From Octopus vulgaris (lineage: Eukaryota): a DNA stretch of 64,000 nucleotides. The DNA lies in contig OX597816.1 in NCBI GenBank assembly GCA_951406725.2, positions 104,966,001-105,030,000 on the forward strand, in the 5' to 3' direction. Of this stretch, positions 13,348-27,107 are shown piece by piece (position 1 is the first letter of the stretch; each line of letters starts with the position of its first letter). Under the pieces are notes generated by a model, which saw nothing but the letters and a program-made list of their open reading frames with translations, was not told the origin of the DNA and ran no database searches. A program made the translations under genes and the position numbers.

Positions 13348-13849
13348 TGTAGACAGATAGACAGTAAATATTTAATTTATTTTCTATATTTTCGTAACAT
13401 GTTAGGAATACTCAAAAATATTCGTAATCTCGTTGCGACAGATCGATACAACAGTATCAACATATGGTGATATTGATTGAAGTCGCATCGCTCGCAGTAC
13501 TCCCAGTTGTCACCAAGGTGATGGATTCAGAAGACCACAATATCACTGATTTTCCGAACAATTCCCATGAAAATATCGATATTTTTAAGATCTGCAATCG
13601 TCTTTTCGTTAACAAGTTTACTAGTATTCAAAATGAAATAAAAATTTGTGGACTGATACATTATATTTCCATATGTATCCAAGAAAATGGAACAAGCCCT
13701 AAAATAACATCGGTGTGTGTGTGCGTGTGAGGGAGTGAGTGAGAGAGAGAGAGAGAAAGAGAGTCAGACAGACAGAGAAAGAAAGAGACAGAAAGAAGAA
13801 AGAAAACGTCTATACATGTGTGTATGTATATCCATAAGCACATATATAT

Positions 13850-13880
13850 GCATACATATATGCACACGTGTGTGTGTATG

Positions 13881-13937
<57 letters not shown>

Positions 13938-13972
13938 GTATGTGTATATATATGTATATGTATATATATATG

Positions 13973-14009
<37 letters not shown>

Positions 14010-14134
14010 GTATTTATATATATGTATATGTATATATATATGTATATATGTATATGTATATATATATATATGTATATATATATATGTATATATGTATATG
14101 TATATATATATATGTATATATGTATATATATATG

Positions 14135-14181
<47 letters not shown>

Positions 14182-14202
14182 GTATATATGTATATATATA
14201 TA

Positions 14203-14233
<31 letters not shown>

Positions 14234-14503
14234 GTATATATGTGTGTGTGTGTGTATGTATATATACATATATATGTATATATATATATATATGCATATA
14301 TATGTATATATATACATATATACATGTATATATATATACGTATATGTATATATATGTACGTGTATATAATATATATATGTATATATATATATATATATCC
14401 GTCTATATAATAAATATATGTATATATATACGTGTGTATAATATATATATATGTATATATACACACACATATATATATATATGTATATATACACACACAG
14501 AGA

Positions 14504-14559
<56 letters not shown>

Positions 14560-14575
14560 GACACACACACGTACA
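13850..14575. repeat. Degenerate (TA)n/(TG)n microsatellite field
   Basis: Direct reading; source of YIYI pseudo-ORFs. Confidence 0.95.
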
Positions 14576-14895
14576 AGCATAAATATATATAGGGAGAGGT
14601 AGAGAGAGAGAGAAAGAGATTAAAGGAGAGAGTGGTGTGGACGTGCGTGTTTGAGAGTATATCTTTGATTTGATTGGATTGATTCCAAAACCCTGTGAGA
14701 TATCCTTTGGACGTAATTCTTCGCATTCTTTTTACTTTTCTGATACAATTCTTTTCAGGGTAATACTATTACTAGCTACTTACCACACAGCCACTCGTAT
14801 ATATACTCGTATGAATGTGTGCGTCTCCCTATTAGTGTGCATAGACACATTCATATGATTATGTACAAACACATATACACATAATGTTATGTAGC

Positions 14896-14929
<34 letters not shown>

Positions 14930-14952
14930 TACAGACAGACTGACAGATGGAC

Positions 14953-14986
<34 letters not shown>

Positions 14987-14987
14987 C

Positions 14988-15034
<47 letters not shown>

Positions 15035-15149
15035 TAAACTTGTAGACAGATAGACACACAATATTTAATTTACATATATTTCGTAACATGTTAGGAATAC
15101 TCACTGATATGCACACTCACACTCACACACGCACACATACAAACAAATT

Positions 15150-15267
<118 letters not shown>

Positions 15268-15279
15268 TTATATAGAAGG

Positions 15280-15330
15280 AGCTTCTACAGGACTAGTACT
15301 GTTTCATTCAAGAGAAATCTTCAGGAAGCT
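15280..15330 (-). ncRNA. Type I hammerhead-ribozyme-like motif with canonical core
   Basis: AGCUUC-CUGAAGA-UUUC(UCUU)GAAU-GAAA-CAG(UACUAGUC)CUG-UA-GAAGCU: 6-bp stem I, GUA cleavage triplet. Confidence 0.7.
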
Positions 15331-15539
15331 ATTTAACAAGAATTGTATTAGCATTTATACATTTAGGCATAAAGGAGTGGTGGTGGGGGATATATATAGT
15401 GGTAGTATATAGATGAAAGAATAGATAAATAAAAAAATAAAAAAATATATATATATATAAAAAATATATATATAAAAAAACATATATATATAAAAAGGGG
15501 GGGATAGAGTTATAGGTAAATAAGGAGATTCTCACTTAT

Positions 15540-15579
15540 ACCTATACACATATGTATACGTATCTACACACATATATAT

Positions 15580-15626
<47 letters not shown>

Positions 15627-15917
15627 CACATATACATACATATCTACATACACACATACATACACCCGCCCACATATACAAATTTATACACATGCACATG
15701 CATATACCTGTCTACACATACACACACGTATATATGCATACACTCACTCCCATGCATGCACGCACACACACATGTATATATATACCCACGACCACACATA
15801 CATATATACACAGAAAAATATATATTCATACGCACATACACTCATGCACACACAACACACCTAGTTCCCTATATACACATATTTACACCTATATATACAT
15901 ACACCCACATACACATA

Positions 15918-15957
<40 letters not shown>

Positions 15958-16056
15958 CACGCATACATATATATACATGTGTGCACATACATACATATAC
16001 ACATATACATACACATACACATATACATGTGTACCTATACATACATACACATACAC

Positions 16057-16097
<41 letters not shown>

Positions 16098-16486
16098 CCA
16101 ATACAGGCCCATTCCCTAATTTTAATTTTATTATCTTCATTTATTACTTTTGTTATCTTTGATCGCTAGAGCTAAGGATCCTGGCTATGGCAGCATGTCC
16201 ATTTGTCTGTCTACTAGAAGGCAAGTACTCATTCCCGCACGCACACTCATTAGCACGTACATTCACCCATTCGTACACTCATACACATACACGTACGCAC
16301 GCGTTATATTCATACATACAAACATCTACATACGTTCACGTATATACACATACGTACTCGTACCTACAGATTCGTGTCTACACTTTAGGAGGCTAGTCTA
16401 TACATATACACCAATAAATATACATATATATATATATACACATATACATACACACACACACATATACTCCTACATACAGATACATA

Positions 16487-16538
<52 letters not shown>

Positions 16539-16605
16539 CATACACATACACACATATATATACACACACATACATACACATATATATACATACACAAACA
16601 TATAT

Positions 16606-16645
<40 letters not shown>

Positions 16646-16748
16646 ACACACATCCATACATATACACACAAACACATACATACGTATACATACATACATA
16701 CATCCATACATCCATACTTACATGCATTTATACGCATACACACACCCA

Positions 16749-16783
<35 letters not shown>

Positions 16784-17050
16784 TCACACATACATATACA
16801 AATATACGCACACACATACATACATACACGTATACACATACACGCACATACACATATACATGCGTACCCATACACGTGCACACACGCACGTGCATCGATA
16901 TATATACACACACACACATATATACACGTGTGCAAGCATACATACATACTCATACACGCACACATACTTACATATACATATATGCACACACTTACACACA
17001 TATATACATACACATACATATATACATACACATACATATATATATATATA
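15540..17050. repeat. Degenerate (CA/TA)n low-complexity field
   Basis: Direct reading. Confidence 0.9.
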
Positions 17051-17111
17051 TTACGGAGATGTACTCGCATAGCAAGTAATTTGATCTGAGATCGTGTGCT
17101 GAAACGAAAAC

Positions 17112-17369
17112 AATTGCAGCGTGGAAGGTGTTAATAAGCCATTTAAGAAACACACAAAAGCCGTTCGATTCACTTCAACATTTAAGTTTAATTTGTCAAA
17201 ATATTTTCGTCGCTAAAATCCGCGACCTGTTCACTGACGGATTTTTGTCAGTGAACAGGTCGCGGATTTTAGCGACGAAAATATTTTGACAAATTAAACT
17301 TAAATGTTGAAGTGAATCGAACGGCTTTTGTGTGTTTCTTAAATGGCTTACAAACACCTTCCACGCTGC

Positions 17370-17373
<4 letters not shown>
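17112..17373. repeat. 262-bp palindrome (127-bp arms, 8-nt spacer), one hammerhead-like motif per arm
   Basis: 17112-17238 is the reverse complement of 17247-17373 with 2 mismatches seen. Confidence 0.95.
17247..17290 (+). ncRNA. Type I hammerhead-like motif, G3-C8 core (mirror copy at 17195-17238 on minus)
   Basis: GUCA-GUGAACA-G-GUCGC(GGAUUUUA)GCGAC-GAAA-AUAU-UU-UGAC. Confidence 0.65.
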
Positions 17374-17423
<50 letters not shown>

Positions 17424-17585
17424 GCATATATGGGTACAGGACGTCACCATCGGTTCAAACAACAGGAAATATGTAGACAAACGGCTTAAATACGTAAACA
17501 ACGAGAAAAATGGAAAACAGAACAAGTTAACATTGAGAAATGACCCTTCATCAGTTGTCGGCTGTTTATATACTCCTCATTTTGA

Positions 17586-17617
<32 letters not shown>

Positions 17618-18153
17618 CTTGGAAAAGATGCGTTGCGTTCGATCATATAATAATATAAATAATATATAAATATATGCATATATACATACATATATGTACA
17701 TACCTACATATATACGTATATATACATGCATATATGTGTACAGGACATCAAAAAAATCGTTGAACACAATGAGAAACGAAAACATAAAAACAAAAACATA
17801 GAAACCTTTTCTGTCGATAACATTTTGAAGTTTAGAATATTTATGTTCTCCTGAGTTTGATGACCACCTTGATGTCGTTTGAATGATGGTCTCAACACAG
17901 AACTTTGCCACTCCCTCGACCGTCTCCAATTCATTAATGATTCCCATTTGTAATGTGCCTATCAGTGGAGTAGCATATCAGTGGTCTAGTTATAAATGTA
18001 TGGCAAAAGAGTTTGACATTTAATATATAATTTCATTAAAATTTTGAAGAAAAGTTAATATGACGTGCACTTATATATATATATGAATTTTTTGCGTAAT
18101 GAGATAAAAAAAAACCAAGGTTGTATAACTATTAGAGCATTTATAGATAGAAG

Positions 18154-18208
18154 GTCTTACAGCTGTTTCCAGAATATTAATTAATAATAATATCCCTTCA
18201 TCGGAGAC
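18154..18208 (-). ncRNA. Type I hammerhead-like motif, U4C core variant
   Basis: GUCU-CCGAUGA-(long AU-rich stem II)-GAAA-CAGCUG-UA-AGAC; stem III is palindromic. Confidence 0.55.
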
Positions 18209-18624
18209 TGTGTAAGAGGAAAAGTTAAGTCATAGTTAGTTTCGATGTGATATAAATAGAGAGTGAGGTGGAGGAAAGAAAATAGATGTAAGATATGTAT
18301 AGTTATTGAGTTCATAAATCCGTTTTATAGGCATAATGATATATATGTGTATTATTCCAATATCCTTTGAGTAAAATCCAAAACCCAACAGAGTTTAATA
18401 TGAGTCCATCCAAATGTAAAGTTCATAAGCAATGTAAGATTCTCTTAGTTGAATCCGCGCCATTCAACTAAGACTTTTTTTCCGTCAAAGAAATCAGTTT
18501 GTAGAGATCGGAAAGATAAATCATAAAAATAATAAGCTTATGCAGAAAAACAGGTCAGTTTAAACACAAACCTGGAATCTGCTACAATCTATATAAATTC
18601 CCTACTGGGAATGACCAACTAGAT

Positions 18625-20425
18625 TCCTTCCTCTCTTTTGTCCAATTCTTCCATCCAGGCCCTCGAATTCTTCTGTACTATCGAATTTCTCGACATTTCT
18701 GTCAGTATGCACCATTCCGCTCTCAATACTTCCACCAACTACAAACACAATGACTCACACTCCTACCTAAACTTCTCCTTCTCCCACCCTATCCACACCA
18801 AGCTTTCCATCACCTACTCCCAATTCCTCCGTCTTCACTGGCTCTGCAGTAACAACCATTACTTTGAGACTCGTGACTCAACTCATGGCTCGCTACTTCA
18901 TACCACATGGATATACTCTCACCACTATCCACACTACCCTTGCTCTAGCACGATCCGTGTACCATGCCTCTGCTCTTTTTCCTCACACCCACCCCACCTA
19001 GCCCGTCTCCCGTTTCCCATTACCTATACCCCTCCACCCACCCCCCTCCAATTCACCATTCTGCGAGCCTTCGGCGACTCCAGCCCGACCTCTCCACCTC
19101 ACACATCTTCCCCAACCTACCGCTTCCCCTCATCAAACGTTTCTTTCCTAATCCAACTTCACACCCTGGCTCGTTCCCCTGCTCCAGGCCATACTGTCGT
19201 ACCTGCCCTTACCTCTCCAACACCACCATCCTCAAAGGCACCCATCATCCTCCCTATCACATCACACCGAGTCCTTTACCTGCACTTCTAGTAACGTAAT
19301 TTCCTGCATCTCCTGCTTTCTGTCCTTCTCTGTAGATCGGTCAAACGAAACGCCGCTTGACTGACCGGTTCGCGGAGCACCTCCAAGACATCAGACTCGG
19401 CAATGACACCTTGGTCTCTCGCCATTTTCGCTCTACTGGTCATTCAGTACAACATCTATCTTCGGACTGTTTTTGCAAGGGTCATCCGGACACCTGCCTT
19501 CGCCGAGAACCGGATTTATCGTCTCTTTTGCTCCACATGGGCTCAATTTATCTCCCCTCTCCATTTGATACCTACCTCCTCTCTTCATTGATGCCACCCC
19601 ACACCTCTGCACACACACTAGCACTGATCACTTCCTAGCACCCACACCACAAGCCATCATTTATACACCAACACAAATCTTCCATAGCGTCATCACACAT
19701 ACTATTATATGAGCAGCCACACACTGTTTAACTCAGTAGACACACTACACACCATCATGCACACTCCCACACAAGCACATAATACCTAAACACAGACAAT
19801 ATATACTCCTACACCCACACAAGCACCTAATATCTGAACACAGGCTATATATACATACACACGCAACACACATTAACACACGCTACATACATAGACAAAG
19901 ATAACTTTCGTCCACATACATACACCATACACATGCACACTGTTTGGTCACAGACACACACACACTCGTACACACACCACGTAAAAAAGCACACCTCAAT
20001 CGCTACACACAACACATACGTTACAGACGCACAAACTTACACACTTACATCAGAGTCACTAGGCCCTATTCACATACACACAGACTTACACATTCATACA
20101 CACCATTCTCACACACACACACACACACACGTACACCTTCATTTGAGATCACCAGCACTTTATTATCTCCCTTTCTTTCAACGACTTTTTTTATTGTTAT
20201 TACTCTTTCTTTCAAAATTTTTTCTAATCATTTGCCATGCTTGACTGCTAACCTACAAGTTTTACTTCATTCTCTCTCTGTTTATTTTCTCTTATTCCAT
20301 TCTGTTGAAGAGCGTAGGCTCGAAAGGTAAAATACATTTTCATTTTCCGGAGCGTCAAACTAATACACTTGCTGGTTCTGCATACACCTGCCTTCGTCTT
20401 TTGTTTTACTATAAATTTCAACTAT
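18625..20425 (+). mobile_element. Penelope-like element (second family): decayed RT thumb/GIY-YIG, CA-rich 3' region and terminal repeat
   Basis: IEFLDISV, YLNFSFSHP..KLSITYSQFLRL, CSRPYCRTCP, IGQTKRRLTDRFAEH; degenerate hammerhead core at ~20302. Confidence 0.85.
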
Positions 20426-21111
20426 ATATATGTGTGTGTGTGTGTGTGTATAACCACACATACATACACGCACACAGACAAATGGTTGGACACTGTATTT
20501 AAATCGATTCGTTCTGATAGAGAATAATGTATCTAGGTATATGTATGGGGGGGGTTCTATGTGTTTAAATATCTAGATTTACGCAAATATCTGGTGAGGA
20601 ATATATACATGTTCATGTGTGTGTGTGTGTGTGTGTGTGTGTGAGTGTTATATGAGAAACAGCTGTATCTTTAAAAATGTATTAAAAACACGATTTCGTC
20701 TCAATTTAATGTTTATCTTATTAATATTTGCTCGCATCTGTGTATAAGATCCTTTTAGATCATTTGAAATAATAGTATTCCTGAATTCATCTTCACCGTT
20801 TCCAGGCTACCTCAACCTTATCTTCAGGGTGTGGAGTTGTTTTGGATTCTATACATTTTTTTATACTTTTAAAGTGGCTGCTTTATATTCTATAAATTTT
20901 CCAGCCAGCCTTGACCACTACAGTGTTAGTCTTGTATGTTATCGGATTTGCAGTTGTGACAACTGTGCGTAATGTTAATTGTAGCCTTGTGTTACAATAT
21001 TACGATTGCTGCCATAAACAGTCTTCTACATATCTAATTACTCTTCACACATATGTATGAGTGTGTGCTTAAATATGTGTGTACGTTTGAGTATATGTAC
21101 ACTCATATGAA

Positions 21112-21170
<59 letters not shown>

Positions 21171-22659
21171 GTATGTATGTGTGTCTATCATACATATATG
21201 CTGATATACATAATACGCATATGTATGTGTAGTTGTAATATGTGTATGCGTGCAAGGATTTTGAGTTAAAGCAATTGTTTCTGTAAGTGATATAATACAT
21301 CTTGATACGTGTATGCCTTTAATAACGAATGCATGTCCTGATGTTTGTATACATATATTTATGTATGTGCGTTTGTACATTTGCATAACATTAAAGAAAG
21401 GAGAGACAATAAGAAGGTAGGCAGAGATAGAGAAAAGTGCTTTGAGATATGTATTCTTAACTCATACGTTTACCAACGAAGACTTCATTTCACTAAAGCA
21501 ATATTTCTTCACATTTCTTACTCGTTTCAGCGCAAATACTATTTGTCGACCAATCACGTTTATCATTATTCAACCAATCTTTTGCTTTGAGGCTTATTTG
21601 GAGAAAAAAAATGCATTATTAATTTACCTTTCATTCTAAGCGCATTACATTCCTATGAAACAATTAAAGGGATTATTATTGTTATTATTATTATTATTAT
21701 TTTCGTTTTTGTATGTGCCTGTGCATTTTCTTTTTTCCTTTTTTTTTTTTTGTAGTATGATTCATTTGATTACTTCGATTTTCTTTCCAGCAATCTTCTA
21801 GAATTATTGCATGCAAGTAAGACGTTTGTTCCGTAAAAAATATTTTATATCATCCACTGGTTTACAACGAAATTACTTGCTTAAATGAATCATCCGATTC
21901 AACTATCTTTCTGTCTTCTACAGAAGATTCCTTTAAAACTTCAACAGTAGTTATTTGATGTTGTTCTTGCTGTTGCTGTTTGATGCTGTTGTTGTTTATT
22001 GTTTTATCTTCTAGTTCTGCCTACTTTATTGTGTCCAGGTAAAAAAAAAATTACTTTTACTTACAAGCTATTAAAGTGAGATAAATATAAACATAGTGTA
22101 CTCTATTATGTCCTTATTCTTATCTTTAATTTAGAATCTTTTGTTTTTACTATTGCTTTTAATATTTACTACCTATGACAATCTTCATTGCGAAGACACA
22201 TAATCAAAGATGTATTGGCAATAGCCACCCCATCTTTTTGATATGTATAGGACTACATAATCCGCTGAGTAATTTTAAGGATACCTTGGTTGAGGTGTGA
22301 GCGATTGTGGTTGCTAATTCTAGCAAGCCTAATGACCGTAGATTATCCGTTGCTTGGAATGTCTTGATTATGACTATATTAAATTGGGCAATGTAACCTC
22401 GAATCTTTTTCGGTTTTTCACATTTCAGAGCTCAAACTTGGTTGCATTTTGATCAGCTTTATCAGGTCCACTCTTTGCATCATTCCCGAACGCTATTGTA
22501 CTGCATATGTCATGGAATTTTCAACAGTGAATTCGAAAGTTGTTCCCCTTCCCTTTCTTTCATGTAATAAATTCAGCCAGCAAGGTTTTCTGCAAAGAAT
22601 CAGAAATAAAATCATGAAACATATACACTAAACGCTCTAACACATACACCCATCGAACA

Positions 22660-22785
22660 CTTTGACTAATACTTTATTTTATTGACCTCAGAAAGATAAA
22701 AAGTAAAATTGACCTGAGGAAAACTTGAACTCAGAACGTAAACAACCGCAAAGCACCGCAAGCGATTTTGTTCAAATTTCCATTG
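22660..22785 (-). mobile_element. SINE family C, degenerate
   Basis: tttattgacctcagaaagataaaaagtaaaattgacct...tgaactcagaacgtaa resembles the reverse complement of the family C body. Confidence 0.6.
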
Positions 22786-23449
22786 ATACTACCAGTTCTC
22801 TGCGAGGTATAAAGAGAACCAATAATATTATTACTGTTTCTTAAATATTCGAATCAAAGAGAAATTGATTTCTTACGAAAGTTGTGTAGCAACTAAACAG
22901 AATTTTTTTCTACTTAGATCATACTACACTACTTTTTAAATGTTTTATTGATAATGTATTATGCCCTATTACATCATTTAATCTAAGTAAACGAAGTCTG
23001 AGTCAAACCATGGTTTTTATGAATCAGATGTGTACTTAATGTAAGACGAGCAAATGAGGGAGTTATTTTGCGGATACTCATAGTGTTGACCTGGCTGTCA
23101 AGTACTATCGTCTTAAAAAAGGCACACGTTCTGAAAGATGAATTGAATTTGAAGTTGAAATAGTCACGGGTGGAATGTGTAAGGTCATACAGAAGTCTGC
23201 TGAAATTTTTACCTTAAATAGGATTTTTCTCTTTAATTGAAGTGTCATCGGAGAATTCTTTAAGTGCAGCGTGGAATTTAGAATTAATACATTTATATAG
23301 AATCATTGATGCCGTACTCGCTCTGGTTAAAGTTTTAACTTTTATTTCTGTTGGACAAAAGAAAATTAGTTTAATGAGAAAAAAGATATTGTTTGGATAC
23401 TTGTATTCTCGTGATTTCAACATACATATCCTTACATACATATATACAA

Positions 23450-23537
<88 letters not shown>

Positions 23538-23570
23538 ATATATATATATGTCTTTTTTCGTGAACTTTCC

Positions 23571-23605
<35 letters not shown>

Positions 23606-23608
<3 letters not shown>

Positions 23609-23782
23609 GGGGGGGGAAAGTTCACGAAAAAAACAAAAGACGAAGACAGGTGGTGTACAAAACAAACAGATGTATCAGTATAACGCTTAGGAATTGAAAA
23701 AGTCTTTCGTGTTTCGAGCCTACGCTCTTCTAGAGAAAGGAACATAGAAAAACAAGGAGAGAAAAAAATGTGTGTAGTGGCT
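23606..23782 (-). mobile_element. PLE-terminal-like short repeat, subfamily H2
   Basis: Matches 20270-20423 and 25855-26010; contains GAAGAGCGTAGGCTCGAAAC on minus; abuts (TA)n. Confidence 0.7.
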
Positions 23783-24229
23783 ACATGCCCCACAGTTTAA
23801 CTACTTTCTTTAGTTAATACACGGTGATAGCTTACAAGCTTTAAGCTTGTAAAATATTATCATCATTTACAGTATTGTAACTTTGCATCGCTCATCAAAT
23901 CATCGCAGAAAACGCATATGCTTGCTTGTTTATATGTTTAATAAACAACACTAAGAAATTAGAGTTCTTAAATCTAACAACAAGAAGTGAGTGGATACGT
24001 TGGTGTAAATTCTAGTACACACATCACGAGATGTGGGTTTGAGCCCCATACGTACAGAAACTCCACTTTTTTCCGTTGAGTGGAGTAGGGGTTATATGCC
24101 CCGATGTCGATACACGGTGATCGCTTATAAGTTTTAAACTTATAAAATATTATTATTACTTACAGAATATATAATCACACACACAAACGCGTGCGCACAC
24201 ACACATATGTATATATGTATATGTATATA

Positions 24230-24430
24230 CTGCGTGTGTATCGTTGGCGATTTTTTTTCCTCCATCTCCCCTTCTTTGGATCTTTCCTTTTTCTATGTTT
24301 CTGACGAAGAGCTCAGCTCGAAACGTGAAATTCTCCTTCTCCTCTTTCCTGAGCGTCCAATAACACTATACTTGTTCCACGTCCTCGCGTTGTTGTATTT
24401 TCTGTTTGTGTTTTCATGTTTGAATTAACT
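24230..24430 (+). mobile_element. PLE-terminal-like short repeat, subfamily H1 (hammerhead core CTGACGA at 24301)
   Basis: Close match to 28712-28890 and 50845-51051; ends at (TA)n. Confidence 0.75.
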
Positions 24431-24435
24431 TTAAC

Positions 24436-24487
<52 letters not shown>

Positions 24488-24504
24488 TGCATATATATAT
24501 ATAC

Positions 24505-24896
24505 AAGATTTCTGCAAATCCAACTTTAGCGATTTGGGGGAATCATGTTTATGGCCGCCTTCTAGCCCAGATCTAAATCCTCTGGATTATGCTATTTGGA
24601 GCGTTTTAGAACATGCTACCAATAGAACATCACACAGCAATGTCGACTCTCTTAAAGATACTATTACAGAAGAATGGGAGAAGTTGTCTCCCGAATATTT
24701 GAGGAACACTTGTACAAGTTTCAGGAAGCGTGTGAAGGCAGTTATTGAGAAAGAAGGAGAACACATAGAATAAAAACATTTTCTATAATGTAAATTTTCT
24801 TGTGGCAAATAAATTCTCATAACTTTCAATAAAATAATTGGTCATACACTGTCTTTCAATCCCTGCCTCAAAATATTGTAAATTTTGCTTCCTCAC

Positions 24897-24900
<4 letters not shown>
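24505..24900 (+). mobile_element. Tc1/mariner (maT-like) transposon, 3' fragment
   Basis: WPPSSPDLNPLDYAIWSVLE...EKEGEHIE*; ends CTCACTCTG followed by TA. Confidence 0.85.
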
Positions 24901-24950
<50 letters not shown>

Positions 24951-25654
24951 TATATTCATACATATATGTTTATATATATATATGAATGTGCGTCAGTGTA
25001 TAAATGATTGTTTAGTAACTGCAACATGTATCGATCAGCTGATCTCATCTGACAAAGTCAAACGAGAGAGTAAGCAATAATGGAAATTTTCTAAAGTAAA
25101 TACAAAGGATTGGGAGTTTTGAATTTCATTACCAAAGAAATTGCCGATGTTAGAATTCCCAATTTCTTTTTTTTTTTTTCCATTTATACGGATTTTGTGA
25201 GGGCGGGTCTGTGTATATATATACGAGTGGAGGATTCGGATAGGGAGAGAAAAAGTGAAGGGGAAAAAGGAAGTGTGAAAGAGAGAGAAAAATGCAGCTG
25301 GGCAATTTTTGCAATGCCGAAGTGAATCGCTGGAAGGTATATGTAGTGATTCACCAAACCTGTATAAACATACACAAACACACGTGTGTGCACACATGCA
25401 CACGGATAGGCACGCACACACACACAGCTATGTGTGTGTGTGTGCGTGCATATATGTACATATATGTACATACATATATGTACATACATATACATATGTA
25501 TACGGTGTGTGTGTATGTATGTATGTGCGTGTGTGTGTGTCTGTGTGTATGACGGACTCTCCCGTCGACAAATAGTCGTTCGTGCCGCTCATTAGCTCAC
25601 TATCTCCTGCAAATCGACATTGTCTGAACAAGTACACGGTGTACCACGGGTCAA

Positions 25655-25778
25655 GTGTCGAAGTGATCGCAGAGCAACATGAAATGACATTTTTGCTCAA
25701 GAAAACAACGCACCACCCAATCAAGGGACTGAAATCACGATCGCGAGTGCAACACCCTAACCACTAAGTCATGTGCCC
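25655..25778 (-). mobile_element. SINE family B-related 5' part
   Basis: gagcaacatgaaatga...gctcaagaaaacaacgc...caccctaaccactaag. Confidence 0.7.
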
Positions 25779-25792
25779 TCACACACACACAC

Positions 25793-25852
<60 letters not shown>

Positions 25853-25854
25853 GT

Positions 25855-26006
25855 ATAAAGGGAATGTTTACGAAAATAAACAAAAGACGAAGGCAGGTGG
25901 TGTACAAACAAACGGATGTATTAGTATAGCGCTCAGGAATAGAAAAAGTCTTATACGTTTCGAGCCTACGCTCTTCTACAGAAAAACAAGGAAACAAGGG
26001 AAGAAA

Positions 26007-26010
<4 letters not shown>
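25855..26010 (-). mobile_element. PLE-terminal-like short repeat, subfamily H2
   Basis: Minus strand CTGTAGAAGAGCGTAGGCTCGAAACGTA; embedded in (TA)n. Confidence 0.7.
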
Positions 26011-26076
<66 letters not shown>

Positions 26077-26080
26077 CCTA

Positions 26081-26115
<35 letters not shown>

Positions 26116-26291
26116 ACTTAAAAATGAAATACACAAACTGAAATCACGTTGATAATAAGTGGCATTAAACCCCTAGAAACAGTCAGGCTTGGGCGTGAGC
26201 CTATCCTGTATTCGTCTGATGAGGTAATTCGTCTCGAATCATAAAATAATTCATATTCATCGTCGCGCACACACGCAAGCACACACACACA

Positions 26292-26352
<61 letters not shown>

Positions 26353-26463
26353 CACGCACATACATACATGTATAATATACATGTATGTGCATATGTGTGT
26401 GTGTGTTAGTTTCCGTATGAGTACAGTGCATACCTAAAATACAGAGAACTTTCGTAATATATA

Positions 26464-26685
26464 TAAGTTTGACCAAAAGTCACTTGACAGTAAATCAAAA
26501 TTCCATAAATACTATCTATTGACTCGAATGGAAAAATGTGCCGCTCAAGAAGGACTTCAGTTTGAACAATTTTCATGATGTTTCATATTTAGATTATTTT
26601 ATTTTATTCATTCAGTTGTTAAACATAAATAAATCTTGGATTAAATGGTTTTGATTTACTGTCAGGTGACTTTTGGCGAACCCTG
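26464..26685. mobile_element. Tc1/mariner-type MITE
   Basis: Inverted ends ccaaaagtcacttgacagtaaatcaaaa / ttttgatttactgtcaggtgacttttgg; right end CCCTG followed by TA. Confidence 0.75.
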
Positions 26686-27107
26686 TATATAAATGGACGT
26701 AAATGAGAAGTCAGAATTTAATATGTTTAATATTCATGAGAGATGGCATGAAAAAGACTTCATACATACAACAACATATGTACCCTACTTCCATTATACG
26801 GTTTTAACTGTTAAAACTCTGTTCTATCTTTTGTATCAGCTGTCGACCCATATGCTGTATTTGCCTATGTTATCCAGAGAGGATCATTTAAAAGTTTCTT
26901 TTATGTGTATAAACTGTGGCCGTTTGAGATCAGTTGAGTTTCTTAATATATGCCTCCTCATCACACCCTAAACCCACCTCTTCACTACCGTCAGGAAGTT
27001 CTTCCTCCTTTTCCTGCGTTCAAGGATTCGAGGCTAGTTGGTCTACTGTCCTGTTGTTTAACCTGCTTCCAATGATTATTCTTTCATCAAGCAATAAAAT
27101 TTATATA

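Noticed and set aside
17521-17559. CUGAUGA hammerhead-like motif on the minus strand
   Set aside because: GAAA half of the core is lost; at best a decayed copy
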